From contig JAFQSS010000010.1 in NCBI GenBank assembly GCA_017409455.1, positions 4,696 through 68,695 of the forward strand: DNA of 64,000 bases, in the 5' to 3' direction. The notes under the pieces were generated by a model. It was not told the DNA's origin, ran no database searches, and saw only the letters and a program-made list of their open reading frames with translations. Numbering within the stretch: the first letter of the stretch is position 1; the number at the start of each line of letters is the position of its first letter. The translations under genes and the position numbers were made by a program. Origin of the DNA: Clostridia bacterium. Its GTDB lineage: Bacteria; Bacillota; Clostridia; TANB77; CAG-508. This document shows, piece by piece, positions 9,033 through 18,835 of the stretch.

Positions 9033-10763
9033 ATGGATTATTTAGAAGAGTATAAAAAATGGTGTGAAAACCCAATATTTGATGAAAAAACAAAAAAAGA
9101 ATTATTATCAATTAAAGATGATGAAAAAGAAATACAAGACAGATTTTACAAAGAATTAGAATTTGGAACAGCTGGATTACGTGGTGTAATTGGAATGGGA
9201 ACAAATAGAATGAACAAATATACTGTTGGAAAGGCAACACAAGGTCTTGCCAATTACATATTAGAGCAAGGGACACAAGATAAAGGTGTTGCAATTAGTT
9301 ATGATTCAAGAAGAATGTCTGATGAATTCAGTATTCAAACAGCATTAATATTAAATGCAAATGGAATACAAACATATTTGTTTGAAGAATTAAGACCTGT
9401 TCCAGAATTATCATTTGCTGTAAGAGAATTAGGATGTACAGCTGGAATAATGATAACAGCAAGTCATAATCCTCCTAAATACAATGGATACAAGGTTTAT
9501 TGGGATGATGGTTCACAAATAATTTCACCAAAAGATAAAGAAATAATAAACAAAGTAAGAAGCATAGCAGATTTTAGTGAAATAAAAACAATTAGCAAGG
9601 AAGAAGCAATAGAAAAGGGATTGTTCCATGTTATTGGAAAAGAGATGGATGATAAATATATAGAGGTATTAAAAAAACATGTGTTAAATCCTGAAATTGT
9701 AAAAGAACAAGGGAAAGATTTAAAAATTGTTTACACACCATTACATGGTACAGGAAATACAATAGTAGAGAGATTACTAGGGGAACTGGGATTTAATAAT
9801 GTTTATGTTGTTCCTGAACAAGCGGGGCCAGATGGAAACTTCCCAACAGTAGATTATCCAAATCCAGAAGATAAAAAAGCATTTAAATTAGCATTAGAAT
9901 TAGCAAAAAAAGTTGATGCTGATGTAGTTTTAGCAACAGACCCAGATGCAGATAGATTAGGAATTTATGCAAAAGACACTAAAACTGGTGAATATATGTC
10001 ATATACAGGAAATATGTCAGCATTATTAATAGCAGAATATAGAATTTCTCAAATGAAAGAAAAAAATATATTACCATCTGATGGGTTATTTATAACAACA
10101 ATAGTATCATCTGATTTAGCAAAAGCTATTGCTAAATATTATAACCTAGATGTTGCAGAAGTTTTAACAGGATTCAAAAACATTGGTGCAGTGATGAAAA
10201 GAGCAGAAGAGAATAAAGATAATACATATGTATTTGGTTTTGAAGAAAGTTATGGATGTCTAATTGGTGATTATGCTAGAGATAAAGATGGTATAGCAGC
10301 AGTTATGTCTTTATGTGAGGCAGCAGCATATTACAGATCTCACGGAATTACTTTATGGGATCAAATGAACAATATTTATGAAAAATATGGATATTATAAA
10401 GAAGATCAAGTTTCAATTGTTTTAGAAGGTGCTGATGGTGCAGAAAAAATTAAAGAAATGATGACAAGCATGAGAAATAAAGATATAAAACAAATAGGAA
10501 GTTACAAAGTTTTAACATTTAAAGATATTGATAGAGATTATGTTAAAGATATGACAACTGGTGAAGAAAGTAAAACAGGATTACCTAAATCTAATGTTTT
10601 ATATTATGATTTAGAAGGAAATAGCTGGTGTGCAGTTCGACCATCTGGAACAGAACCTAAAATTAAGCTTTATTTTGGGGTTAAAGGAAAAGATGAAGAA
10701 AATGCAATTGAAGCATTAGAAAATTTAAAAACAGAAATGGTTAAATTAGTTCGTGGAGAATAA
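9033..10763 (+). CDS. pgcA: phospho-sugar mutase (alpha-phosphoglucomutase, PgcA-like)
   Basis: Active-site TASHNPPKYNGYKVY, metal loop DPDADR, 576 aa. Confidence 0.85.
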   Translation: MDYLEEYKKWCENPIFDEKTKKELLSIKDDEKEIQDRFYKELEFGTAGLRGVIGMGTNRMNKYTVGKATQGLANYILEQGTQDKGVAISYDSRRMSDEFSIQTALILNANGIQTYLFEELRPVPELSFAVRELGCTAGIMITASHNPPKYNGYKVYWDDGSQIISPKDKEIINKVRSIADFSEIKTISKEEAIEKGLFHVIGKEMDDKYIEVLKKHVLNPEIVKEQGKDLKIVYTPLHGTGNTIVERLLGELGFNNVYVVPEQAGPDGNFPTVDYPNPEDKKAFKLALELAKKVDADVVLATDPDADRLGIYAKDTKTGEYMSYTGNMSALLIAEYRISQMKEKNILPSDGLFITTIVSSDLAKAIAKYYNLDVAEVLTGFKNIGAVMKRAEENKDNTYVFGFEESYGCLIGDYARDKDGIAAVMSLCEAAAYYRSHGITLWDQMNNIYEKYGYYKEDQVSIVLEGADGAEKIKEMMTSMRNKDIKQIGSYKVLTFKDIDRDYVKDMTTGEESKTGLPKSNVLYYDLEGNSWCAVRPSGTEPKIKLYFGVKGKDEENAIEALENLKTEMVKLVRGE

Positions 10764-10781
10764 TAAACAAGAAAGCAGAGA

Positions 10782-11498
10782 TTAATTCTCTGCTTTTTTC
10801 CATCCATCTAGATTTCTAGTTATTGCACCAAAAAGATTCGCACGAATCATAGGAATATCTTTTGACCATAAAAAGATTTGTTCTTTCATATCTTCTCTTT
10901 TTGTATGTTCATCCATAGGGCAAACCTTAGGCATAATTGTTTTATTATTTTTCTTAACATATCTATTCGCATCTTTTTCGCTTAATAAAATTAATGGACG
11001 AATTAATGTTATTTGGCTTCTATCCATATAGCTTTTGGGAGCAAAAGTAGATAAATTGCCTGTATATAGCATATTTAATAAAAATGTCTCTAAAACATCA
11101 TCCATATTATGACCAAGTGCAATTTTATTACATCCTTCGCGAATTGCTACACTATTGATTATTCCTCTACGCAAGTTTGCACATAGAGAACATGGATTTT
11201 TTTCTTTTCTAACATCAAAAACAATTTCTTTTATATCACTGTTTTCAATAATTAGAGGAACACCTATTTCATCACAGTTTTTTTGTAAAATTTCTGTATT
11301 GAAAAAATCGAAACCGGGATTTACTGATATTGCTATTAATTCAAAATGTTTTGGATAAAATCTTTGTAATGCTTTTAAGCCATTTAACATTGTTATTGAA
11401 TCTTTTCCTCCTGATAGGCATACTGCGATTTTGTCTCCTTCATCTATCATATTATATTCTTCTATTGCTTTTCTCATTTTACTTAATATTTGTTGCAT
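10782..11498 (-). CDS. ttcA: PP-loop ATPase, tRNA 2-thiocytidine biosynthesis TtcA family
   Basis: CLSGGKDS PP-loop plus CSLCANLRRG and VCPMD cysteine motifs. Confidence 0.7.
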   Translation of the reverse strand: MQQILSKMRKAIEEYNMIDEGDKIAVCLSGGKDSITMLNGLKALQRFYPKHFELIAISVNPGFDFFNTEILQKNCDEIGVPLIIENSDIKEIVFDVRKEKNPCSLCANLRRGIINSVAIREGCNKIALGHNMDDVLETFLLNMLYTGNLSTFAPKSYMDRSQITLIRPLILLSEKDANRYVKKNNKTIMPKVCPMDEHTKREDMKEQIFLWSKDIPMIRANLFGAITRNLDGWKKAEN

Positions 11499-11515
11499 AG
11501 TTTAGTCCTTTCTGA

Positions 11516-11564
11516 AAAAGGGACCGGGTCTCAAATTACGTAAAAAGGGACCGGGTCTTTTTTT
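11516..11564. repeat. two direct copies of the GGGACCGGGTC repeat family
   Basis: AAAAAGGGACCGGGTCTcaaattacgtAAAAAGGGACCGGGTCTTTTTTTT. Confidence 0.8.
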
Positions 11565-11600
11565 TCTCTTTTTATTATAACATACTTGTCAAGTATGTTA

Positions 11601-11629
11601 TTGCAAATAGAACGTAAGTATGCTATAAT
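11601..11629 (+). promoter_or_regulatory. sigma-A promoter of the interrupted tRNA-Arg gene
   Basis: TTGCAA (11601-11606), 17-nt spacer, TATAAT (11624-11629). It ends 16 nt before the tRNA 5' end. Confidence 0.65.
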
Positions 11630-11645
11630 TCATATTGTAAGATAT

Positions 11646-11685
<40 letters not shown>

Positions 11686-11764
11686 AATTTCCTAAACATT
11701 AGGTTGAGGACTAGCAAAATCCTTATGAAATAAGGGATGGACAACAATATTGTATAAAAAAATA

Positions 11765-11782
11765 TCGCAAAAATGTCGCGAA
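11765..11782. promoter_or_regulatory. TCGC(A/G)AAAATGTCGCGAA motif, left-arm copy
   Basis: Near-identical copies at 53526-53543 (right arm) and 48211-48227 (internal promoter). Confidence 0.5.
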
Positions 11783-11796
11783 AAACTGTCCCTGTC

Positions 11797-11816
11797 TTTA
11801 AAAAATTCAAACAGTA
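11797..11816. repeat. arm-type repeat TTTAAAAAATTCAAACAGTA (left arm)
   Basis: An identical 20-mer lies at 53589-53608. Shorter AAAAAWTCAAAC-like copies lie nearby at both ends. Confidence 0.65.
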
Positions 11817-11867
11817 TTTAAAAAAATCAAACTCATTTTAGCATTTATATGTTAAAATGAATTAAAT

Positions 11868-11944
11868 GTCCTCGTAGCATAATAGGAGAATGCAGTCGCC
11901 TCCTAAGCGACAGATTGGAGGTTCAAATCCTCTCGGGGACGCCA
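11868..11944 (+). tRNA. tRNA-Arg(CCT), ICE-borne
   Basis: Hand-folded 77-nt cloverleaf: acceptor GTCCTCG/CGGGGAC, anticodon stem GTCGC/GCGAC, loop CTCCTAA, T-arm GGAGG-TTCAAAT-CCTCT, encoded CCA. An extended -10 (TGTTAAAAT) lies at 11850-11858. Confidence 0.85.
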
Positions 11945-12021
11945 TTTTATAGTAATTCGCACAATTCTTTTTATCTATTTTATATAGTATAATGTAGATA
12001 GAAAAGGAGAGTGTATCATAT

Positions 12022-12168
12022 ATGAAAAAGATAAAACTAAAAGTTGATAGCACAGATTATAAAATTATCATAAATGCGTTAGTAGAATTTAGGAATAAGT
12101 TAATTTCAGAAAAAAGAGATACAACTCCTATTGATGATATACTATTGAATTTAGTTGATAAATTATAA
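12022..12168 (+). CDS. small ICE protein (48 aa), paralogue of 32488..32679
   Basis: GGAGAG RBS. MKKIKLKVDSTDYKIIINALVEFRNKLISEKRDTTPIDDILLNLVDKL. It shares the Y..I.INAL..FRN.LI.EKR.T.P.D..LL pattern with the other copy. A terminator follows at 12177-12203. Confidence 0.6.
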   Translation: MKKIKLKVDSTDYKIIINALVEFRNKLISEKRDTTPIDDILLNLVDKL

Positions 12169-12280
12169 ACATATTTGAACTGATTAAATGTCAGTTCTTT
12201 TTTTATGCCAGAAATGGAATACATAGCCATCTTATTTATTTAAGGTGGCTTAAATTGTGAAAGAAAGGAGATGAGAAAGA

Positions 12281-13111
12281 ATGTCACAATGTGAAGTAAT
12301 TGCTATTGCAAATCAAAAGGGTGGAGTAGGAAAAACTACTACTGCATTAAGTCTAGGTGTAGCACTTGCAAAAGAGGGAAAGAAAGTGTTATTGGTAGAT
12401 GCCGATCCACAAGCAAGTTTAACAACTTGTATGGGATGGCATAATCAAGATGAATTATCAATAACATTATCTACACTTTTATATCGCTATATGGAAGATA
12501 AAACACTTAATACAAAGGAGTGTATTTTACACCATAAAGAGAATATTGATTTAATCCCGTCTAGCATAGAACTTGCAACAACGGAAGTAGATTTAATGAG
12601 TGCAATGAGTAGGGAATATGCTTTAAAGAGTTGCTTATCAGAAATTAAGAATAATTATGATTATATTCTAATAGATAGTATGCCGAGTTTAGGTATGATG
12701 ACTATAAATTCATTAGCAAGTGCAGATAAAGTAATAATACCTGTTCAACCGCATTATCTTGCAGCAAAAGGAATGACTTATTTGTTTTCTACAATTTCAA
12801 AAATTAGAAAACAGATAAATCCAAAGTTAAAAATTGATGGAATATTATTAACAATAGTTGATAAAAGAACTAATCTATCAAAAGAAATAAGACAACAACT
12901 GCAAGAAAATTATGGTAGTGTAATAAAAATCTATGATACCCAGATACCACAAGCAATAAAGGTAGCTGAATCCACTACGAGAGGAAAAAGTATTTTATCT
13001 TATGATAAGAGTGGAAAGGTAGCAGAGGCTTATAATTCCATAGCAAAGGAGGTGTTAGAGAGTGGAAAAGAAAGAAACAAAAATACCTTTACCAAAGATG
13101 AATCTAGATGA
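12281..13111 (+). CDS. parA: ParA/Soj-family partition ATPase
   Basis: Deviant Walker A IANQKGGVGKTTT and VDADPQ. Confidence 0.88.
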   Translation: MSQCEVIAIANQKGGVGKTTTALSLGVALAKEGKKVLLVDADPQASLTTCMGWHNQDELSITLSTLLYRYMEDKTLNTKECILHHKENIDLIPSSIELATTEVDLMSAMSREYALKSCLSEIKNNYDYILIDSMPSLGMMTINSLASADKVIIPVQPHYLAAKGMTYLFSTISKIRKQINPKLKIDGILLTIVDKRTNLSKEIRQQLQENYGSVIKIYDTQIPQAIKVAESTTRGKSILSYDKSGKVAEAYNSIAKEVLESGKERNKNTFTKDESR

Positions 13112-14009
13112 TTTGTTTAGCACACAAGAAGAAAGAGATAATGCTAATTTAGAAAAAGTAGTTGAAGTTAAATTAACAGATATCACTGATTTTCCAAATC
13201 ACCCATTTAAAGTAAAAGATGATGATGAAATGGATAAAATGCGACAAAGCGTTGAGCAATATGGTGTAGTTCACCCAATATTAGTTAGACCAACAAAAGA
13301 TGGAAAATATGAAATGATTTCAGGACATAGAAGAAAAAGAGCAAGTGAACTAGCAAATAAAGAAACTATACCTTGTATTGTTAGAAACTTATCAGATGAT
13401 GAGGCTACAATAATAATGGTAGATAGTAATATGCAAAGGGAAGAAATATTACCTAGCGAAAAGGCTTTTGCTTATAAAATGAAATTGGACGCATTAAATC
13501 ATCAAGGAAAAAGGAATGATTTAACTTGTGGACAAGTTGGCCACAAGTTAGAAAATAATAAAAGTAGAGATATTATTGCAGAAAACTCAGAAGATAGTGC
13601 TAGACAAATTCAAAGATTTATAAGACTTACTGAATTGATACCAGAGTTATTAGAAATGGTAGATGATAAAAAGATAGCATTTAATCCAGCAGTAGAAATA
13701 TCATATCTTGATGAAGATAATCAGTATGCATTACTAGATTGCATAGAGTATTCAGATGCGACACCATCACACGCACAAGCAATAGTGATGAAAAAATTAT
13801 TTCAATCTGGCGAGTTAGACGCAGATAAAATTGATGATATTTTGTCAGAAGAAAAACCTAATCAAAAACAAAAGATTAAGTTTGATAATGACAGGATTAG
13901 AAATGTTCTACCAAAAAACATTGAAGAACCTAAAATTGAGGATTTTGTTGTTAAAGCAATAGAGCATTACAGCAAGTATTTAAGACAACGAGAAATGGGT
14001 GCAAGATAA
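13062..14009 (+). CDS. parB: ParB/Spo0J-family protein (ParB-like nuclease domain)
   Basis: HPILVRP...YEMISGHRRKRA ParB box. AAGGAGG lies 7 nt before the GTG. The gene overlaps parA. Confidence 0.85.
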   Translation: MEKKETKIPLPKMNLDDLFSTQEERDNANLEKVVEVKLTDITDFPNHPFKVKDDDEMDKMRQSVEQYGVVHPILVRPTKDGKYEMISGHRRKRASELANKETIPCIVRNLSDDEATIIMVDSNMQREEILPSEKAFAYKMKLDALNHQGKRNDLTCGQVGHKLENNKSRDIIAENSEDSARQIQRFIRLTELIPELLEMVDDKKIAFNPAVEISYLDEDNQYALLDCIEYSDATPSHAQAIVMKKLFQSGELDADKIDDILSEEKPNQKQKIKFDNDRIRNVLPKNIEEPKIEDFVVKAIEHYSKYLRQREMGAR

Positions 14010-14174
14010 CAGGAGTATGTTTTCCGTAATTCCCTCCTTACAATCCTCCCTAGTTATATTACTAACTATTATTTACTAACTGAAAAAAAGTTATAAATAA
14101 TAAACTAAATAAAACGCAGTAATGCAAAAAATTATTTTTGTAGATACAATGAAATCAAAGGGAAGGTGGTTTGT

Positions 14175-14825
14175 ATGAAGAAAATTGTTTTAATAACAGT
14201 TCTGGTAATTGTAATTGGTGGTAGTTCAGTAGTTGCAATTATGTTTGCTAAACAAAAAACTAGCAATTCTGGTGTTTACGAAGAAATACCAAAAAATGGA
14301 CAAAAAATTGAAGATAACATAGTTCCTGAAATTGTTGAGGAAAGTGTTGTTGAAGAAGAAAAGGTAGTTGAAAGCAAAAAAGAAACTACAAACACAAAGC
14401 GAGTAAAAGAAGATGTTGTAGTTCAAGAAGAAATAAAAAGTAACTCTACTAACAAAACTGAAAATGTTGAGAAGATACCAGAAGAAACGAAACAAAATGA
14501 AAATAAGCAGCAAGAGATTATTCAGCAAAATGATACTAAAAGCGAAATTGAGGAAAAACAAGAAGAAAATGCACCATTGGTTGAAGAATCTAAACAAGTT
14601 GAGAAAGTAGAACAAGAGAAAAAGCCAGAAGTTGATGAAGAATACGAAAGGCTAATGAAACAAGTTGAATATGCAACATACGAAGAATGTTTACAAGCAG
14701 GATTTGATATTGCTTTAACTGACACAGTTAATATTTTAGGCTTTGATCCAGTAGAAATTATCTACAAAGGTAAAGTAATTGGCTACAAACTAAAAATACG
14801 ATATACAAATCCAATGGAAAATTAA
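14175..14825 (+). CDS. membrane-anchored E/K-rich protein
   Basis: An ATG at 14175 behind GGGAAGG is preferred over the GTG at 14166. One TM helix, then low-complexity E/K/Q. Confidence 0.55.
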   Translation: MKKIVLITVLVIVIGGSSVVAIMFAKQKTSNSGVYEEIPKNGQKIEDNIVPEIVEESVVEEEKVVESKKETTNTKRVKEDVVVQEEIKSNSTNKTENVEKIPEETKQNENKQQEIIQQNDTKSEIEEKQEENAPLVEESKQVEKVEQEKKPEVDEEYERLMKQVEYATYEECLQAGFDIALTDTVNILGFDPVEIIYKGKVIGYKLKIRYTNPMEN

Positions 14826-14881
14826 ATATTTATAAGCAAAGGCAATCAGAGATGGTTGCTTTTTTATTTTAGAAAGGAAAG

Positions 14882-17800
14882 ATGAAAAGTATGAAAAAGA
14901 GAAAAATATTATCTATGTTTCTGCTTATTTTTACTTTATTTGGAGTTTTTAATTTTTTTAATCCATCAGAAGTAAAAGCAGCAACATATAATGAAACATT
15001 ATCACATCCTAAAACTCCAAATGTCTATTATACTAGACGAGGTGGAGGAAAACCTTATTTATCAGCACAATATGAGCAATATACAATGAATGGAAAAGTT
15101 GTTTATTGTATTGAGCCGGGTGTAGATATAACAAATACGGCATATTTAGGATATGATGGATTACAAGTGTCACCTTATGATGATGCAACAAATAAAAAAA
15201 TAGAGTTAATAGGACACTATGGATATGATTATCCGGGACACCAAACATTAAGATATAGAATGGCAACACAAGCATTGATTTGGGAAACAACAGGAGGTCA
15301 AATAATTGAATTTTGGACAGAACAATATGGTTATGGCGACCCAATTAATGTTAGTGCAGAAAGAAATGAAATAATGAGATTAGTAAATGCTCATTATAGT
15401 AAACCAAGTTTTAATGGTAGTTCTATGGAAGTTATAATAGGTAAAGAATATAAAATTACTGATAATAATGGTTTAATGAGTGAATATGAATTATATAAAG
15501 CAGATAATCTAAAAGTAAGAATAGAGGGTAATGATATATATGTTACGCCACTAGCAACAGGAAACCTTACTTTAAGTGTTGTAAGAAAGCATTATGATAA
15601 TCATACAACCATCGTTTATCACGGAGAAGATGCTACTTCACAAAAAATGGGATTTTTTAGATTTTCAGACCCAGTTGTTGCATCAGTAAATTTTAATGTT
15701 TTAGGTGGTAAAATCCAAATCAAAAAAGTAGATTCAGAAACAAATTCTACAACACCACAGGGACAAGCAACATTAGTAGGTGCTAAATATAATGTAATGA
15801 ATTCAAGTGGAAGTGTTGTATCTACGTTAACTATTGGTGATGATATGACTGCTACTACAAGCAATTTACCATTAGGCACTTATACAATAAAAGAGGTGTC
15901 AGCACCAAAGGGTTATGAATTAGATAATACAACTTATACAGTAACAGTTAATTCAGGTGATACAGTTAATATAACAGTTAAAGATAATGTTATTAAAAAC
16001 TATATCAGTATTCTAAAACAATATGACTATGTTAATGGAAATACAACATTCTTAAATGCAGAGGCAAATATTACTTTTGAAATATTCTATCCAGATGGAA
16101 CAAAATATAGTGAGATCAAAACTGATAAAAATGGTTATGCTACTATTGAAATTCCTTACGGAGTATGGAAATTCCATCAAGTAAATAGCAACACAGGATT
16201 TGAAAAAATTTATGATTTCTATATTACAGTAGATGAGAATAGTGAGAAAGAACAATATTATAATATTTTAAATAATAAAATATCTGCATATCTTCAAGTA
16301 TTTAAGAAAGATAGTGAAACAGGTAAAACAATAGCAATAGCAAATACAAAATTCAAAATATTAAATACTGACACTAATCAATATGTTAGCCAATATGTAG
16401 GTGGAAAAGTATATGATAATTTCTTAACAGATGAAAATGGTACTTTTACAACATATTTAAGATTAGAGGCAGGTAATTATAAGTTGGTTGAAATTGAAAG
16501 TCCAAAAGGTTATTTGATTTCAAAGGATGGATTAAAGTTTACTATTGGGGAAGATACAGAATATAACTACACAACTTATGGTGCTATTGTAGTTGTAGAA
16601 TTTAAAAATACACCAATAAAAGGACAAGTAGAGATATTTAAAACTGGCGAAAAGTTTGTAGCAGAAGATGGAACTTTTAAATATCAAGATATTAAATTAA
16701 ATGGAATAAAGTTTAATTTATATGCAGATGAAGATATTAAATCAGCTGATGGTAATTATTTATATTACAACAAAGGGGATTTAGTAGAAACACTTATAAC
16801 TAATGAAGATGGTTATATTAAAAGTAAGAAACATCCACTAGGAAAATATTATTTAGTAGAAGTAGAAACAAAAGATAATTTTGTTTTAGATACAAAAGAA
16901 TATCATTTTGAACTAACTGAAAAAGATAATAAAACTGCTATTGTATATGATACTTACAAAGCATTTAATTATTTGAAAAAAGGAACGCTAGAATTTACTA
17001 AAATAGATTATTCTACAAGTGAGCCAATACCAAATGTAGAATTTAAAATATATACTGAAAAAGATGAGTTAATTTATTCTGGTAAAACTGATGAAAACGG
17101 AAAAATTATAATTAAAGATTTAGCCGTTGGAAAATACTATATAGTTGAAGTAAATCCTATTGAGGGTTATGTATCTTCTGATGAAAAGGTATTATTTGAA
17201 ATAAAAGAAAATGGCGAAATAGTAAAAGCAGAAATGACTAACAAAAAAATATCTTCAACATTAAAGATTACAAAAGATGATGAAGAAGGATCATTATTAT
17301 CTGGTGTTAAGTTTGGAGTTTATAATTTAGAAGATAAACTAATAAGCGAACACACAACAGATGAAAATGGATATTTTGAAGTTGTTTTAGAATATGGAAA
17401 ATATTATTTCAAAGAAATATCTACACTAGACTCTTATGTTTTAAATGATGAGAAAATCTATTTTGAGGTAGTTGAAGAAGGTGCAGTAATTGAAAAAACT
17501 ATTACAAATAAATTTAGAACAGGAACGCTAGAATTTACTAAAACTGATTTAGCAAATGGCGAAGTTATTCCAAATACTCTAATTGAAATTTATAATTCAA
17601 AAGATGAACTTGTTTTCTCTGGTAAGACTGATGAAAAAGGAAAAGTAATCATTGAAGAATTAAGATATGGAAAATACTATATCATTGAAAAAGAAGCTGC
17701 AACAGGTTTTGTAATTACAGATGAGAAAGTATATTTTGAAATATTAGAGAATGGAAAAATAGTAAAAGCAGAAATGAAAAACAGACCTATTTATGGAACG

Positions 17801-18184
17801 CTAGAATTTATTAAAACTGATATTTCTACAAGTGAGCCACTTCCTAATACTGTTATAGAAATATATACAGAAAATGATGAACTTGTTTTTTCTGGTAAAA
17901 CTGATGAGAACGGAAAAGTAATCATTGAAGAATTAAGATATGGAAAATACTATATTTTAGAAAAGGAAGCACCAGAGGGGTATATTTTAACAGAAGAAAA
18001 AATGGCATTTGAAATATTAGAAGATGGCGAAATCGTTAAGGCAACAATGGTTAATGAAAAGGTAGTAATTGAAGTACCTAATACAGGATTAAATGATTAT
18101 TTTGTATTAGAAATAATATCTGGATTGTTAATGTTAAGTGGAATAGGAGTGATTATTTATGCTAAAAAGAAAAACAAAAAATAA
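14882..18184 (+). CDS. cell-wall-anchored adhesin: thioester (TQXA) domain plus multiple Cna-B/SpaA-type repeats, VPNTG sorting signal
   Basis: Signal peptide. VVYCIEPG (candidate thioester Cys) and ATQALIWE (TQxA-type Gln). Many ~90-aa GTLEFTKTD..GKYY..E repeats. C-terminal VPNTG plus TM plus KKKNKK. Confidence 0.8.
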   Translation: MKSMKKRKILSMFLLIFTLFGVFNFFNPSEVKAATYNETLSHPKTPNVYYTRRGGGKPYLSAQYEQYTMNGKVVYCIEPGVDITNTAYLGYDGLQVSPYDDATNKKIELIGHYGYDYPGHQTLRYRMATQALIWETTGGQIIEFWTEQYGYGDPINVSAERNEIMRLVNAHYSKPSFNGSSMEVIIGKEYKITDNNGLMSEYELYKADNLKVRIEGNDIYVTPLATGNLTLSVVRKHYDNHTTIVYHGEDATSQKMGFFRFSDPVVASVNFNVLGGKIQIKKVDSETNSTTPQGQATLVGAKYNVMNSSGSVVSTLTIGDDMTATTSNLPLGTYTIKEVSAPKGYELDNTTYTVTVNSGDTVNITVKDNVIKNYISILKQYDYVNGNTTFLNAEANITFEIFYPDGTKYSEIKTDKNGYATIEIPYGVWKFHQVNSNTGFEKIYDFYITVDENSEKEQYYNILNNKISAYLQVFKKDSETGKTIAIANTKFKILNTDTNQYVSQYVGGKVYDNFLTDENGTFTTYLRLEAGNYKLVEIESPKGYLISKDGLKFTIGEDTEYNYTTYGAIVVVEFKNTPIKGQVEIFKTGEKFVAEDGTFKYQDIKLNGIKFNLYADEDIKSADGNYLYYNKGDLVETLITNEDGYIKSKKHPLGKYYLVEVETKDNFVLDTKEYHFELTEKDNKTAIVYDTYKAFNYLKKGTLEFTKIDYSTSEPIPNVEFKIYTEKDELIYSGKTDENGKIIIKDLAVGKYYIVEVNPIEGYVSSDEKVLFEIKENGEIVKAEMTNKKISSTLKITKDDEEGSLLSGVKFGVYNLEDKLISEHTTDENGYFEVVLEYGKYYFKEISTLDSYVLNDEKIYFEVVEEGAVIEKTITNKFRTGTLEFTKTDLANGEVIPNTLIEIYNSKDELVFSGKTDEKGKVIIEELRYGKYYIIEKEAATGFVITDEKVYFEILENGKIVKAEMKNRPIYGTLEFIKTDISTSEPLPNTVIEIYTENDELVFSGKTDENGKVIIEELRYGKYYILEKEAPEGYILTEEKMAFEILEDGEIVKATMVNEKVVIEVPNTGLNDYFVLEIISGLLMLSGIGVIIYAKKKNKK

Positions 18185-18824
18185 TAATCAAAGAAAGGGT
18201 CAACTTTTTATAGTTGGCTCTTTTCTTATAATTATAGGAATAGGAATTTTAGGTGGAAAGATAGTGAATAATTATTTAGATAAAAAGCAAGAACAAGACT
18301 TAATAAATGATTTTTATGAACAACAAGAAGAATATGTTGTAGATGTTCCTGTAATGGAAGAAGAATTAGTAAAAGAAGAAGTTGCAGAGCAAGAAGAAAA
18401 GAAAGAAAAAACTACTCCGACTATAAACTATATTGCAGTTATTAAAATACCTAAAATTGGTTTAGAAAAAGGATTAGCAAGTAAAGGTAGTTATTGGAAC
18501 AATGTGAATAGAAATATTGAAATATTATCTGAATCAGATATGCCAGATGTAGATAAAGGCAATGTTATATTAGCAAGTCATAGTGGTAATAGTAGCATAT
18601 CTTATTTTAGAAAACTAAATAAACTACAAAATGATGACATTGTAAGTATTGTTTACAATGGAAAAGAGTATAAATACAAAATGGTTAATTCTTATGAAAT
18701 AGAAAAAAATGGTTATGCTCATATAGTTAGAAATGCAGAAAAAAGCACTTTAACTTTAATAACTTGTAAGCATAATACAGATAAACAAATTGTTGTTATT
18801 TGTGAATTAGTAGAAGTTATATAG
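18159..18824 (+). CDS. sortase (dedicated to the adjacent adhesin)
   Basis: N-terminal TM helix, ILASHSG and the LTLITC catalytic-Cys motif. Overlaps the adhesin 3' end. Confidence 0.8.
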   Translation: MLKRKTKNNNQRKGQLFIVGSFLIIIGIGILGGKIVNNYLDKKQEQDLINDFYEQQEEYVVDVPVMEEELVKEEVAEQEEKKEKTTPTINYIAVIKIPKIGLEKGLASKGSYWNNVNRNIEILSESDMPDVDKGNVILASHSGNSSISYFRKLNKLQNDDIVSIVYNGKEYKYKMVNSYEIEKNGYAHIVRNAEKSTLTLITCKHNTDKQIVVICELVEVI

Positions 18825-18835
18825 GAGGGATTTAA

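Noticed and set aside
14010-14165. parS centromere downstream of parB
   Set aside because: Only a short direct repeat (TTACTAACT twice) is present. There is no Spo0J-type TGTTNCACGTGAAACA-like palindrome, so this cannot be supported.
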